NCBI GenBank assembly: GCA_963782055.1
Contig: CAWAIF010000001.1
Span: 1 to 24,047, forward strand
DNA from: an uncultured delta proteobacterium
GTDB taxonomy: Bacteria; Myxococcota_A; Polyangia; Polyangiales; Polyangiaceae
Length of the DNA: 24,047 bases
Direction: 5' to 3'
Shown in pieces: positions 7,846-16,834 of the stretch (its first letter is position 1; every line of letters starts with the position of its first letter). The notes beneath the pieces were generated by a model that worked only from the letters and a program-made list of their open reading frames with translations, did no database searches and was not told where the DNA came from. Made by a program: the position numbers and the translations under genes.

Positions 7846-8978
7846 TTGGCCCCCTTCGCGACCGACAGGTACTTCTCCACCTCCGCGCGCGCCGGGTGAT
7901 CCCCCGGGGCGTCGGAGAGGAAGCGCTTGAAGAGCGGCGTCGCCTGGTCCGGCTTCTTGAGGAAATCCTCGTAGAGCACGCCCAGGTTGAACAGCGCGGC
8001 GATGTTGTGCGGATCCTTCTTCAGCACCTTGGTGAGGATCCCGCGCGCCTCCTCCAGCTTCTGCGGCGTCTTCGCGTCCGCCTCGCCGCGCAGCGCCGCC
8101 GCCAGGCCGAGCTGCGCGTCGGTGTCGTCCGGCGAGACCTGCAGGATGGCGCGGTACTCCTCCTCCGCCTTGTTGTACACGCCGGCGCGCAGCAGCACGC
8201 CGCCCATGTTCAGGCGCGCGGTGGTGTCGCGCGGATCCTCCTGCGACGCCTTGGCGAAGGACTGGAAGGCCAGGGCGTCGTCGCCGGAGGCGAGCTGGAT
8301 GAGCCCCATCGCGCGGTAGGCGATGGCGCTGTGGGCGTTGGAGTCGAGCGCCTGCTTGGCGAGAAGCTGCGCCGTCTCGCGCTGGCCGCGGGCGAGGTGG
8401 CAGAGCGCCAGCTCGGCGAGCGCGTCGGCGTCGCCCGGCTTGCGCACGAGCACCTCCCGCGCCTGCGCGATGGCCTTCTCCAGCTGCCCGGAGTTGCGGA
8501 GCGCGGCCACCAGCAGCGTGCGAGCGTCCGTCGCGTTGGGGTGCGCCGACACGAAGTCTCCCAGCAGCCCCGCGGCCGCCTTGTACTCCCCGCGCCGGCG
8601 CTCCACCTCGGCGAGCGCGACGACCGCGTCCTGCGCGCCGGGCTGGATCTTCACCGCCGCGCGGAGCTGCTCCTCGGCGCCGGCGAGGTCCCCGACGCTG
8701 GCCAGCGTGACGCCCAGGTCGAAGCGAGCCTCCCACAGGTTCGGGTCGATGCTGATCGCCTCGCGGAACAGCGCCTCCGCGCGCTCCTTCTGTCCGTCCT
8801 TGGCGGCGCCCACGCCCTTGACCATCTTCCCGACGGCGACGGGGTTGGCCGGGGGGAGCGCCTTCGGCCCCGCCTGCACGCCGAGCGCCCCGTGCCCGCC
8901 GCCACAGCCGATCGCGCCGAGCGCCAGCGCCGCCGCCGCGACCGGGGCGAGGAAACGTGTAAGGTACACGCACCTCAT
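7842..8978 (-). CDS. TPR lipoprotein, GltE/AglT/NfsE-like
   Basis: Lipobox LGAIGC; consecutive TPR repeats (ARFDLGV, ARLNMGGV, ALFNLGVLY); ATGA overlap with the upstream gene; synteny. Confidence 0.82.
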   Translation of the reverse strand: MRCVYLTRFLAPVAAAALALGAIGCGGGHGALGVQAGPKALPPANPVAVGKMVKGVGAAKDGQKERAEALFREAISIDPNLWEARFDLGVTLASVGDLAGAEEQLRAAVKIQPGAQDAVVALAEVERRRGEYKAAAGLLGDFVSAHPNATDARTLLVAALRNSGQLEKAIAQAREVLVRKPGDADALAELALCHLARGQRETAQLLAKQALDSNAHSAIAYRAMGLIQLASGDDALAFQSFAKASQEDPRDTTARLNMGGVLLRAGVYNKAEEEYRAILQVSPDDTDAQLGLAAALRGEADAKTPQKLEEARGILTKVLKKDPHNIAALFNLGVLYEDFLKKPDQATPLFKRFLSDAPGDHPARAEVEKYLSVAKGAK

Positions 8979-11900
8979 TTCTTCCCCTTCTTCTTCTTCT
9001 TCTTGGCCTCACCCGGCGGGGGCTTGATGACCACCTTCGGCGCCTGGTCCTGCTCCTGCGCGGCCGCGCCACGCCGCGGCGCCTCGATGAGGCCGGGCAT
9101 CGGCAGCGGGCCCTCCGAGCGGATCTCGAAGCCGATCTCCTTGAAGGGCGGGTACAGCTCGGCGTTGAGCCGGCCGAGCGCCGCGCGCATCTTGGCCGTC
9201 CACTGGTTGAAGATGCCAAGCTCGAGGGCCTTCTTCCAGCCGTTCTCGTAGGCGTCCAGGCTCCGCTCCTCGATCGGCACGGCGAACGTCTCGATCTGCG
9301 ACTGGAAGTCTTCCTTCTCCTGCTCGGTCTTGGCGTCCGGCGGGACCGGCGACTCGCGCAGCGACTTGGCGAAGGTCTCGTAGGTGTAGCCGACCTGGTA
9401 AAGCGCGGCCGTCGTCCACTCGGCCACGCCGAAGGAGACGACGTCCAGAAACACCTTCGCCGCTTCCTTCAGCAGGTCCGCCTTCTGCTTCAGGCGCCGC
9501 CCGAGCTGCTTCACGTCCCCCTCGATCTTGATCTCCTCGAACCTGGCGAGCACGCGCTCGCCCTGCATGTAGCGCGCTTGCGCCGCGGCGTACTTGCCGT
9601 CCGGCCCGAGCGAGCGCTTGAGCTGCTTGCCGAGGCGCGTCGCGGACTGGAGCGACTGCGCCGCGCCGCGCTCGTCGCCGTTCTTCACCTGCGCCTTGGC
9701 GAGCAGCACGTAGCCCTGCACGCGGTGGTCCTGGTTCTTGCCGCCGCGCGTGAGGTAGCGCTTGTAGACCTCGATGGCGTCCTTGGTCTTGCCGGCGTCC
9801 TGGTTGGCGCGGCCCATCTGGAAGACGACCTCGTCCGCCTCCGGGGAGGTGCCGTACATGGCGAGGAAGTGGTTGCCGTCGGCGATGGCCTTGTCGTGCT
9901 CGCCGCCGGCGACGCGCAGGATGACCGCGTTGAAGGCGGCGTCCTTGGCGTGCTCGAAGTGGCGGTAGTTGGAGTGCTGCGGCGCGAGGGTGATGAACGC
10001 CTCGTCGTACTCCGCGGCGTCGGAGAAGAGCCCCATCGCCTGCAGCGTCGTCGCCGCGGTCCACGCGCCCTGGGGCGACTCCGGCCTGTCGCGGTAATCC
10101 TTCCCGGTGATGAGGGTGGCGGCCGCCTTCAGCGTCGTCACGTCCGCGGCCGCCTTGGCCTCCACCTCCGCGTTCACGCACGCCTGCGCCGCGCGCGAGT
10201 CCTTCGGGAACTCCCGCGCCGCCCGCAAGAACGCCGTCGCGGCGGCCGCGTGCTCCCCCGCGAGCGCCTTCTGCTCACCCTGCTTGAACACCGCCTGCAC
10301 GATGAGGTTGTCCAGCTTCGCCTGGAGCTTGGGCTCCTGGAAGCTCGGCGCCACCTTCAGCCGGCGCGCCCAGGTCTCGATGTTCTCGTAGTTCTTCGAC
10401 TTGTTGAAGCTGTCCAGGATGAGCTCGCCCGCGCCCTGCGCGTACTGGCTCTTGGGGAACTTCTCCAGCAGCGCGCCCCACAGCTTCACCGCCGGATCGT
10501 AGACGCCGTAGTCGTAGTAGAGCTTGCCCTGGCGGAAGAAGAGCTCGGGCAGCGCCGGGTCCGTCGGGTAGAGCTGCGCGTAGAGGTTGAGCGCCTCGGA
10601 GAACTTCTTGTCGGTCTCCGTCTCCTTCAGCGCGTCCGGCTTGCCCTTGCGCGCCTCCAGCTCGCTCTCCCGCACCACCTCCAGCGAGGCGATCGCGTTG
10701 TAGATGGCGTCGTGGCGCTTGAGCGGGTCGCCGGGGACGTCCTTGTCGATCTCCGGCATCGCGCGGGCGGCGTTCATGTAGTGCGTGGCCGCGTCGGTGG
10801 CCTTGTCCAGCCGGCGGAAGTCGATCTCGGCGAGGTAGAACTCGATCTCGTACGCCTTCGGCTCCTTGGAGAACTTGCCGAGGTACGCCTCGTAGAGCGT
10901 GGCGGCGGCCTCGAACTCGGCGCGGCTGGTGTTGTCGCGCTGCGCCTTGCCGTGCAGGTTGATGGCGTCCTGCCGGAGCTGCGCCTCGATCTTCTTCGTC
11001 GTGTCGGCGACGTTCTTCGCGTCCGCCTGCGTGCGCGACCACGGCCCGCCGGTGGTGTAGCCATCCAGCGCGCGCTTGTAGGTGGCCTCCAGGTGCGGGT
11101 AGTCCTCCAGCCAGCTCCAGCCCTGCGCGATGTCCAGCACCCACAGGCCCGCGTCGCGGCTCGTCGGCTCCAGCTTGAGCAGGAGCTCGTAGGCCTCGAT
11201 GCCGCGCTCGTAGTGGGCCTGGTCGTAGAACGTCTCGGCGAGCTTGCGGACGATCTTCCCGGCGAAGCGATCCCCACCGATCTTGGTGAGGAAGTTGTAC
11301 ATGTCCTGGGCGGTGTTCTTGTCGTCCTCGGTGAAGACCTCGACCAGGTACTTGAGGGCCTCGCCCTGCAGCTCGTCGAGCGCCTTCTGCTTCTCGACGT
11401 TGACCGCCTTGCCGGTGGTGTCGGTCACCTCGAAGACGCGGACGAAGCGCTTGGCGGCCTCGTCGCTGTTGCCCAGGCGCCAGTAGCACCACGCGCTCTT
11501 GAAGAGCGCCAGGCCGACGAGATCGCTCTTGGGGAACTTGAGGACCTCCTCGTACTCGTTGAGGGCGCCCTGGTAGTCCGGCTTGTTGAACATGGCCTCG
11601 GCGAGGGCCATGTGTGCGTCGGGGACGAAGCGCGAGCTCGGGTAGTCCTTCAGGATGCGGGTGAAGCGGGAGAGCGCCTCCTCCGTCTTGCCCGACTCGG
11701 TGGCGAGGAAGCCATCGACGTAGAGCGCCAGGTCGTACTGCGGGAACCAGGGGTAGTCGTTCAGCACCCGCGCGAAGAGGGCGCGCGAGGGGCCGTAGTT
11801 GAGCTGCGGCGCAGGGCCGCGCTGGTCCACCGGCTTCTTGTCCCAGATCTTGAAGTTCTCGACGAGGCTCTCGCGCTCGCCCTCCCAGAGGAGCTCGCCG

Positions 11901-12316
11901 AGACGCATGAGCGCCTCCGGCATGTCGGCCGAGTCGCGCGGGGCCTCCTTGATGAAGGTCTGCAGGAGCTTGATGGCCTCCACGCGGAGCTGCTTGATCT
12001 GCACCAGGTCGCGATCGATGCGCGCGTCGAGCTGCTTCTTCAGGGTGGCGCGCAGGGCCGGCGGGAGCTTCGGCCCGCGGACGGCCGGCGTCATGCCGTT
12101 CTCGCCCGTCTGCTTCTGCGCCTTCGGTCGCGGCTTCGCGCGCGGGCCGGCGGTGATCGACCGCTCGCTCACCGCCTTCACCTGCGAGGTCTCCGCCGCG
12201 GCCGCGGGGGTCGTGTCGCCGGGCTTGTCCTTGCCCTTCGACGGCGCGGCCTGCGCCACGCCGCCGGCGAGCACGACGGCCGCGGAGAGGGAGAGCAGCA
12301 GGCGCGCCGGCCTCAC
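8975..12316 (-). CDS. Large secreted TPR protein, GltD/AgmU/NfsD-like (~1113 aa)
   Basis: GTG 12316 overlapping the upstream stop; signal peptide ending VAQA; many TPRs; GltD-type C-terminus WTTAALYQVG...SPVPP...AVPIEERSLDAY...KALELGIFNQW...YPP. Confidence 0.85.
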   Translation of the reverse strand: MRPARLLLSLSAAVVLAGGVAQAAPSKGKDKPGDTTPAAAAETSQVKAVSERSITAGPRAKPRPKAQKQTGENGMTPAVRGPKLPPALRATLKKQLDARIDRDLVQIKQLRVEAIKLLQTFIKEAPRDSADMPEALMRLGELLWEGERESLVENFKIWDKKPVDQRGPAPQLNYGPSRALFARVLNDYPWFPQYDLALYVDGFLATESGKTEEALSRFTRILKDYPSSRFVPDAHMALAEAMFNKPDYQGALNEYEEVLKFPKSDLVGLALFKSAWCYWRLGNSDEAAKRFVRVFEVTDTTGKAVNVEKQKALDELQGEALKYLVEVFTEDDKNTAQDMYNFLTKIGGDRFAGKIVRKLAETFYDQAHYERGIEAYELLLKLEPTSRDAGLWVLDIAQGWSWLEDYPHLEATYKRALDGYTTGGPWSRTQADAKNVADTTKKIEAQLRQDAINLHGKAQRDNTSRAEFEAAATLYEAYLGKFSKEPKAYEIEFYLAEIDFRRLDKATDAATHYMNAARAMPEIDKDVPGDPLKRHDAIYNAIASLEVVRESELEARKGKPDALKETETDKKFSEALNLYAQLYPTDPALPELFFRQGKLYYDYGVYDPAVKLWGALLEKFPKSQYAQGAGELILDSFNKSKNYENIETWARRLKVAPSFQEPKLQAKLDNLIVQAVFKQGEQKALAGEHAAAATAFLRAAREFPKDSRAAQACVNAEVEAKAAADVTTLKAAATLITGKDYRDRPESPQGAWTAATTLQAMGLFSDAAEYDEAFITLAPQHSNYRHFEHAKDAAFNAVILRVAGGEHDKAIADGNHFLAMYGTSPEADEVVFQMGRANQDAGKTKDAIEVYKRYLTRGGKNQDHRVQGYVLLAKAQVKNGDERGAAQSLQSATRLGKQLKRSLGPDGKYAAAQARYMQGERVLARFEEIKIEGDVKQLGRRLKQKADLLKEAAKVFLDVVSFGVAEWTTAALYQVGYTYETFAKSLRESPVPPDAKTEQEKEDFQSQIETFAVPIEERSLDAYENGWKKALELGIFNQWTAKMRAALGRLNAELYPPFKEIGFEIRSEGPLPMPGLIEAPRRGAAAQEQDQAPKVVIKPPPGEAKKKKKKGKK

Positions 12317-14352
12317 TTCAGGCCCTCCCCGCCCACGAACTCGTCGGGCCAGTCGTCGCCCTCGAAGGGCCAGTACTCCTCGTTGTCCTGCAGGTAGCGG
12401 GCGGCGTCGAGCGAGTCGAGCGCGTCCTGCGGCAGGTAGCCGTTGTTGATCGCCTCGATCTCCACCTCGAGCGCGCGCTTGCGGCCGAGCACCGACTCGA
12501 TGCGGCCCATGTGCGCGCGGCGCAGCAGGCGCGAGAGGCGAAGGTCCAGCCGGCGCAGCGCGTCCTTCGCCAGGGTGATCTCCGCCTTGTCCAGCTCGCG
12601 CTCGGCGGCGGCGATGGGCTGCCCGAAGGCGACGGCGGCGGTCGAGTCGGAGCGGAGCAGGTCGGGCAGATCCTTCCCGCCGCCCGCCGCCTCGCCCGGA
12701 CCCTGCGCGCCCGCGCCGGCGGCGTCCTTCGCCTCGCGCACGCGGACGTCGAGCGCGTCCAGGTCCTTCTCCAGCGGGGCGATCCGCGCGGCGGGGGCGC
12801 CGCCGGAGCGCAGGTCGCCGATGAGGCGGCGCACGCCGTCGAGCGCGTTCTGCGCCTCCGCCAGCCGCGCGGCGGCGTCCGGCTTGTCCTCGATCGCGGG
12901 GCGCACGCCGCCCCCGACGGAGAGCTGGCGCTGCAGGTCTGCGAGCGAGCCCTCCGTCAGACGGAGGCCGCTCGCCTCGTGCTCGAGCACCGCGCGACGA
13001 CGGGCGATCGCGCCGTACGCCGGGTCCACGCGCAGCAGCGCGGCGATCGTGCGCATCGCCTCCGGGGAGCCGCCCTCCACGTCGGCGTTGCCCGCGTCGG
13101 AGCCCGCGCGCGCGGCGGTGACCACCGCCTGCATCGCGTGGTCGTCGCTCTGCAGGCGCCGTGCGGCGTCGCGCACCGGCTCGTAGAGCGCCACGAACTT
13201 GAGCAGCTTCTCGTCGGCGTCCTTGAACTTGCACTGCGCGAGATCGATGTACGCGTCCAGGATCCACGCCTCGTCCTCGTACGGGTGGTGGATCTGCAGG
13301 CCCTTGAGCTCGTCCAGAAGCTCGCGCGCGCCCTCGTAGTCCTTCTTCTCGTAGCGGCCGGTGGCCGCCTCGTAGAGCGCCTCGGCGAGGCGATCGGAGT
13401 CCTTGGGCACGAGGTAGTAGTAGTAGCGCGCGTCGTCAAAGCGGAACTGCTCGTGCGCCACGCGCCCCAGGGCGAGGCGCGCGAGATCGCGCACGGCGAA
13501 GAAGCGCTCGTCGGCGAAGACCGGCGTCGTCCGCGCCTCCCGCTTCGGGTCGGCGATCTTGCAGAAGAGGTCCTCCCCCTCCTTCATGTGGCCCTTCTCC
13601 ACCTGGATGAGGCCCTGCAGGTACGTCGCCTGCGCCCAGAAGCGCGAGCGCTGCGTCACCTTCGCGTACTCCGTCAGCGCGGCGTCGGGGTCGCCCTTGG
13701 CCTCGTCGGCGCGGCCGCGCAGGTAGGCCACCTCGCCCAGCGTCTCCTCCGGCGCGGTGCTCGGCACCGAGGCGAGGTCGGACACGGCGGCGTCGTACTT
13801 CTCGCTGGAGATGCCCATCTCCACCAGCCGGCGCACCGCGCGCCGCGCGTAGATGCCGCCGTTGTCCCACGCGCCGTGCGCGGTGAGCACGCGGCGCAGA
13901 TACGCGCGCGCCGGCTCGTTGACGCCGGCGGTGGCGTACGCGTTGCCGAGCAGGAACACCGCCGCGCGGCCCACGTCGTTCTCCGCGAAGGGGGCGAACT
14001 GCGGGCTCTCCACCATCTCGAGCAGGCGGGAGATGGCCTCGTCGACGCGACCGACGCGCAGCAGGTCCTCCGCCTCGGCGTCGCGGGCGCGCACGTCGTC
14101 CTGGGTCATCGCCGTCTGGCTGCCGAGCTTGCGCGCGGCGAGGGCGCCCTCCAGCGCCTGCATCGCCTCACCGTGGGACACCGGATCGGCCGCTGTCGCG
14201 GCGGGCGGCGGCGCCGCCGTCTCGGTGGGCGCCTCCGTCGCGCTCGCGCTCGCCGACGCCGCGGACCCGGCGCCTGCCGGCTGCTGGGCGACGGCCGCGC
14301 CGCCGAAGCCGGCCACGAGCACGAAGGCGATGGGGAAGATGCGGCGCCTCAA
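12313..14352 (-). CDS. Secreted TPR/coiled-coil protein, GltC/NfsC-like
   Basis: TTG start with GAGGT RBS; signal peptide ending AVAQ; TPRs (DLARLALGRVAHE, AEALYEAA); GltC-type C-terminal EYWPFEGDDWPDE. Confidence 0.82.
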   Translation of the reverse strand: MRRRIFPIAFVLVAGFGGAAVAQQPAGAGSAASASASATEAPTETAAPPPAATAADPVSHGEAMQALEGALAARKLGSQTAMTQDDVRARDAEAEDLLRVGRVDEAISRLLEMVESPQFAPFAENDVGRAAVFLLGNAYATAGVNEPARAYLRRVLTAHGAWDNGGIYARRAVRRLVEMGISSEKYDAAVSDLASVPSTAPEETLGEVAYLRGRADEAKGDPDAALTEYAKVTQRSRFWAQATYLQGLIQVEKGHMKEGEDLFCKIADPKREARTTPVFADERFFAVRDLARLALGRVAHEQFRFDDARYYYYLVPKDSDRLAEALYEAATGRYEKKDYEGARELLDELKGLQIHHPYEDEAWILDAYIDLAQCKFKDADEKLLKFVALYEPVRDAARRLQSDDHAMQAVVTAARAGSDAGNADVEGGSPEAMRTIAALLRVDPAYGAIARRRAVLEHEASGLRLTEGSLADLQRQLSVGGGVRPAIEDKPDAAARLAEAQNALDGVRRLIGDLRSGGAPAARIAPLEKDLDALDVRVREAKDAAGAGAQGPGEAAGGGKDLPDLLRSDSTAAVAFGQPIAAAERELDKAEITLAKDALRRLDLRLSRLLRRAHMGRIESVLGRKRALEVEIEAINNGYLPQDALDSLDAARYLQDNEEYWPFEGDDWPDEFVGGEGLK

Positions 14353-14362
14353 CGTGCAGACC

Positions 14363-15157
14363 TCATCGCTTCACTTTGTGAGCCTCGGCCTTCAGGCGGA
14401 CGCGAAGGTCGTAGCTGCCGCTCTTGTCGCTCGGAAAATCGCCGCCCATGTCGGAGTCGTCCCCCACGCGAAGCTCGACGGCCAGCGCCTGGTCCTGCGG
14501 CACCTCCACGATGAAGCGCGAGCGCTGCGTCGTCCGGAAGGCGTCGTTGCGGTCGTCGCGGCGCTCGATGTCCACCGTGATGGCGTGGCGGCCGGCGGAG
14601 AGGGCGTGCGCGTAGATCTGCGTCATGTCCTCGGCGTGGAAGGTCGGCGGCGCGGAGTAGACCGCGCCGTCGTCCAGCGAGACCACCAGGTGGGCGATGC
14701 GCGCGTGGTCGCCGTCGGTGCGCAGCGCGATGGTCAGCCGGGAGCGGAACAGCGTGTCGCCCACGGCGGCGGCGCGCGCGCGCAGCGCGGCGATGTCACC
14801 GATGAGCTTGTCGAAGTCCACCGCGCCCGCGTCGACGACGCCGGGCTGCGCGAACTCGCCCGGGGCGGGTGTGAGGGGGGAGGGCTTGACCCCGCCGTCC
14901 GCGCCGACGAGGCCGGGCGGCGGCGGCACCGGACCAGCGCCTCCGTCCGACGCGGCGGTGGGCGCCCCGGCGTCCCCCGCGGCGGCCCCCGCCTTGTCGT
15001 CGTACGGGTCGTCCCCGCCGCCCGCGTCCGCCGTCGCGGCGGGCTTCGGCCTGGGCTTCGGAGCCTTGCCGTGCCTGGGCGCGGCCAGCGCCAGCGTCAC
15101 GACCGTGACGCCGGCGAAGACCACGGTGGCGGCGGCGAGCCTTCCTCGAATGTGCAC
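14363..15157 (-). CDS. Uncharacterised secreted protein within the Glt-like cluster (low-complexity linker, short coiled coil, predicted beta-sandwich)
   Basis: GTG 15157 preceded by AAGGAG; signal peptide ending ALAA; Pro/Ala/Asp-Gly linker; amphipathic helix FDKLIGDIAALRARAAAVGDTLF; alternating beta-strand C-terminal domain. Confidence 0.75.
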   Translation of the reverse strand: MHIRGRLAAATVVFAGVTVVTLALAAPRHGKAPKPRPKPAATADAGGGDDPYDDKAGAAAGDAGAPTAASDGGAGPVPPPPGLVGADGGVKPSPLTPAPGEFAQPGVVDAGAVDFDKLIGDIAALRARAAAVGDTLFRSRLTIALRTDGDHARIAHLVVSLDDGAVYSAPPTFHAEDMTQIYAHALSAGRHAITVDIERRDDRNDAFRTTQRSRFIVEVPQDQALAVELRVGDDSDMGGDFPSDKSGSYDLRVRLKAEAHKVKR

Positions 15158-15257
15158 GTCGTGTCTCCTTGCTCGACCGGGGCCTCGGCGCGTCGTCACG
15201 GGCGGGTGCCCGACGGACTGTCATGGTGCCCGGAAAGCCCCGGCACGCCAAGGGTCT

Positions 15258-15947
15258 TCACCCCCCGAAGGGGATGAACATGCTGAAGCCGGCGGTGAAG
15301 AGCAGGTCGTTGACGATGTGCTCCTCACCGACGAGCTGCTGAGACAGAACGTGATCGCGCAGGTCCATGCGGATGGCGAACCACTTTCCGAAGAACCACT
15401 TGGTCCCGAGGCCCGCGCTGCCCGTCACGCCGACGGAGGTGGAGTCGTCGGTCACGCCCGCGCCGACGGCCAGGTTGAAGTCGAAGTGGGTGATGGCCCC
15501 ACCCATCCACCTCAGCTTGCCGTAGGCGAAGGACCAGACCAGGTGCCCGAAGTAGAGGAAGCCGTCCTTCTCGGTGGACTTCTCCAGCACGATCTGCGGA
15601 AAGCGGCGGTCGAAGGTCTCGGCGACGGCGCTGCGGAAGCGCGTGTACTGGAAGCTCGCCTCCAGGGCGAGGTCCTCCGAGAAGTGGAAGGTGTACGCGC
15701 CGCCCACCAGGTAGTTGGAGGAGTACAGGTCCGCGGCGTAGACCCCGCCCATCGCCGAGATCTCGTGGCGGAAGGCCTTGGTGAAGAGGCGCTCCTGGAC
15801 GCCGCGGTAGTGGCGGCCGCCCACCAGCTCCTGCTTGAGCTCCTCGTCCACGCACTGGGCGTGGGCCTTCGCCGGCCATAGCGCCACGACAGCGACCACG
15901 GCGGCGGCGCATCCCAACGCTTGCACGGTCCGCCTTTGGTCGCGCAT
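15258..15947 (-). CDS. Outer-membrane beta-barrel protein, GltA/GltB (NfsA/B)-like
   Basis: Signal peptide ending AKAHA; motifs VQERLFTKAFRHEI, YTFHFSEDLALE, WSFAYGKL, HFDFNLAVGAG; aromatic C-terminal strand FSMFIPF. Confidence 0.85.
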   Translation of the reverse strand: MRDQRRTVQALGCAAAVVAVVALWPAKAHAQCVDEELKQELVGGRHYRGVQERLFTKAFRHEISAMGGVYAADLYSSNYLVGGAYTFHFSEDLALEASFQYTRFRSAVAETFDRRFPQIVLEKSTEKDGFLYFGHLVWSFAYGKLRWMGGAITHFDFNLAVGAGVTDDSTSVGVTGSAGLGTKWFFGKWFAIRMDLRDHVLSQQLVGEEHIVNDLLFTAGFSMFIPFGG

Positions 15948-15958
15948 GTGCCCCCACG

Positions 15959-15988
15959 TGGGTAGCAGGGGCGCGTCTGCCGTGTCAA
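15959..15988 (-). promoter_or_regulatory. Candidate sigma70 promoter of the Glt-like operon
   Basis: Minus strand TTGACA (perfect -35), then 18 nt ending in TGc, then TACCCA (weak extended -10), 11 nt before the ATG. Confidence 0.45.
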
Positions 15989-16042
15989 CGCCACCTCGCC
16001 TGGGCGGGCGCGCGGCGGCGGGGTCCGCTACCATCTCCGACC

Positions 16043-16831
16043 ATGGGACTGGCGGTCATGATCACCGGCGCGTCGTCGGGCATCGGCGAGGCGCTCGCGC
16101 GCGAATACGCGGGGCGCGGGGCACGGGTCGCGCTGATGGCGCGACGCAAGGAGCGGATCGAGCGCATCGCACGGGAGCTCGCCGGAGCGCGGGCGATCCC
16201 GTGCGACGTCACCGACGACGCCTCCATGGAGGCGGCGGTGGCGGAGGCCGTCCGCGCCTTCGGCGGGCTGGACGTGGTCGTCGCCAACGCCGGCATCGGG
16301 GTGACCGGCCCCTTCGAGAGCCTCACCCTCGAGGACTACCGGCGGCAGTTCGAGACGAACGTCTTCGGCGTGCTGCGGACGCTGAAGGCGACGCTGGAGC
16401 CGCTGGTGCGCTCCAGCGGGCGCGTCGGGCTCATCGGCAGCGTCTCCGGGTTCCTCTCCCTGCCGGGCACCTCGCCCTACGCGATGAGCAAGTTCGCGGT
16501 GCGCGCGCTGGCGGACGCGCTGGGCGCCGAGCTGGCCACCCGCGGCATCTCGGTGACGCACGTGGCGCCCGGCTTCATCGAGAGCGAGATCCGCATGCTG
16601 GACAACACCGGGCAGCTGGACGCCTCGCGCGACTCCATCCCGCCGTGGCTGGTCATGCCGCGCGAGGCGGCCGCGCGGCGCATCGCCGACGCGCTGGAGG
16701 CGCGCAAGGCGGAGGTGGTGCTGACCAACCACGGGAAGGTGGCGGCCTTCCTGTCCACGCGCTTCCCCCGGACCCTGCAGTCGCTGGTGAGGCTGGGGGC
16801 CTCGCAGGTGATGGCGCGCACGCCCAAGTAG
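16043..16831 (+). CDS. Short-chain dehydrogenase/reductase (SDR)
   Basis: TGASSGIG, ANAGI, NVFG, catalytic S...YAMSK, PGFIES. Confidence 0.93.
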   Translation: MGLAVMITGASSGIGEALAREYAGRGARVALMARRKERIERIARELAGARAIPCDVTDDASMEAAVAEAVRAFGGLDVVVANAGIGVTGPFESLTLEDYRRQFETNVFGVLRTLKATLEPLVRSSGRVGLIGSVSGFLSLPGTSPYAMSKFAVRALADALGAELATRGISVTHVAPGFIESEIRMLDNTGQLDASRDSIPPWLVMPREAAARRIADALEARKAEVVLTNHGKVAAFLSTRFPRTLQSLVRLGASQVMARTPK

Positions 16832-16834
16832 GCC

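Noticed and set aside
7390..9219. 609-aa ORF overlapping gltE-like
   Set aside because: Off-frame shadow; the real gene is the last 151 aa from GTG 7845.
8975..13267. 1430-aa version of the GltD-like ORF
   Set aside because: The first 317 codons overlap gltC-like in another frame; the signal peptide and GTGA overlap place the start at 12316.
5804..15947. Calling the cluster the canonical gliding-motility glt locus or a Tol-Pal system
   Set aside because: It lacks gltH/I/J/K, the second barrel, the FHA domain and tolB/pal/tolQR; orthology cannot be assigned without a phylogeny, so gene symbols were left blank.
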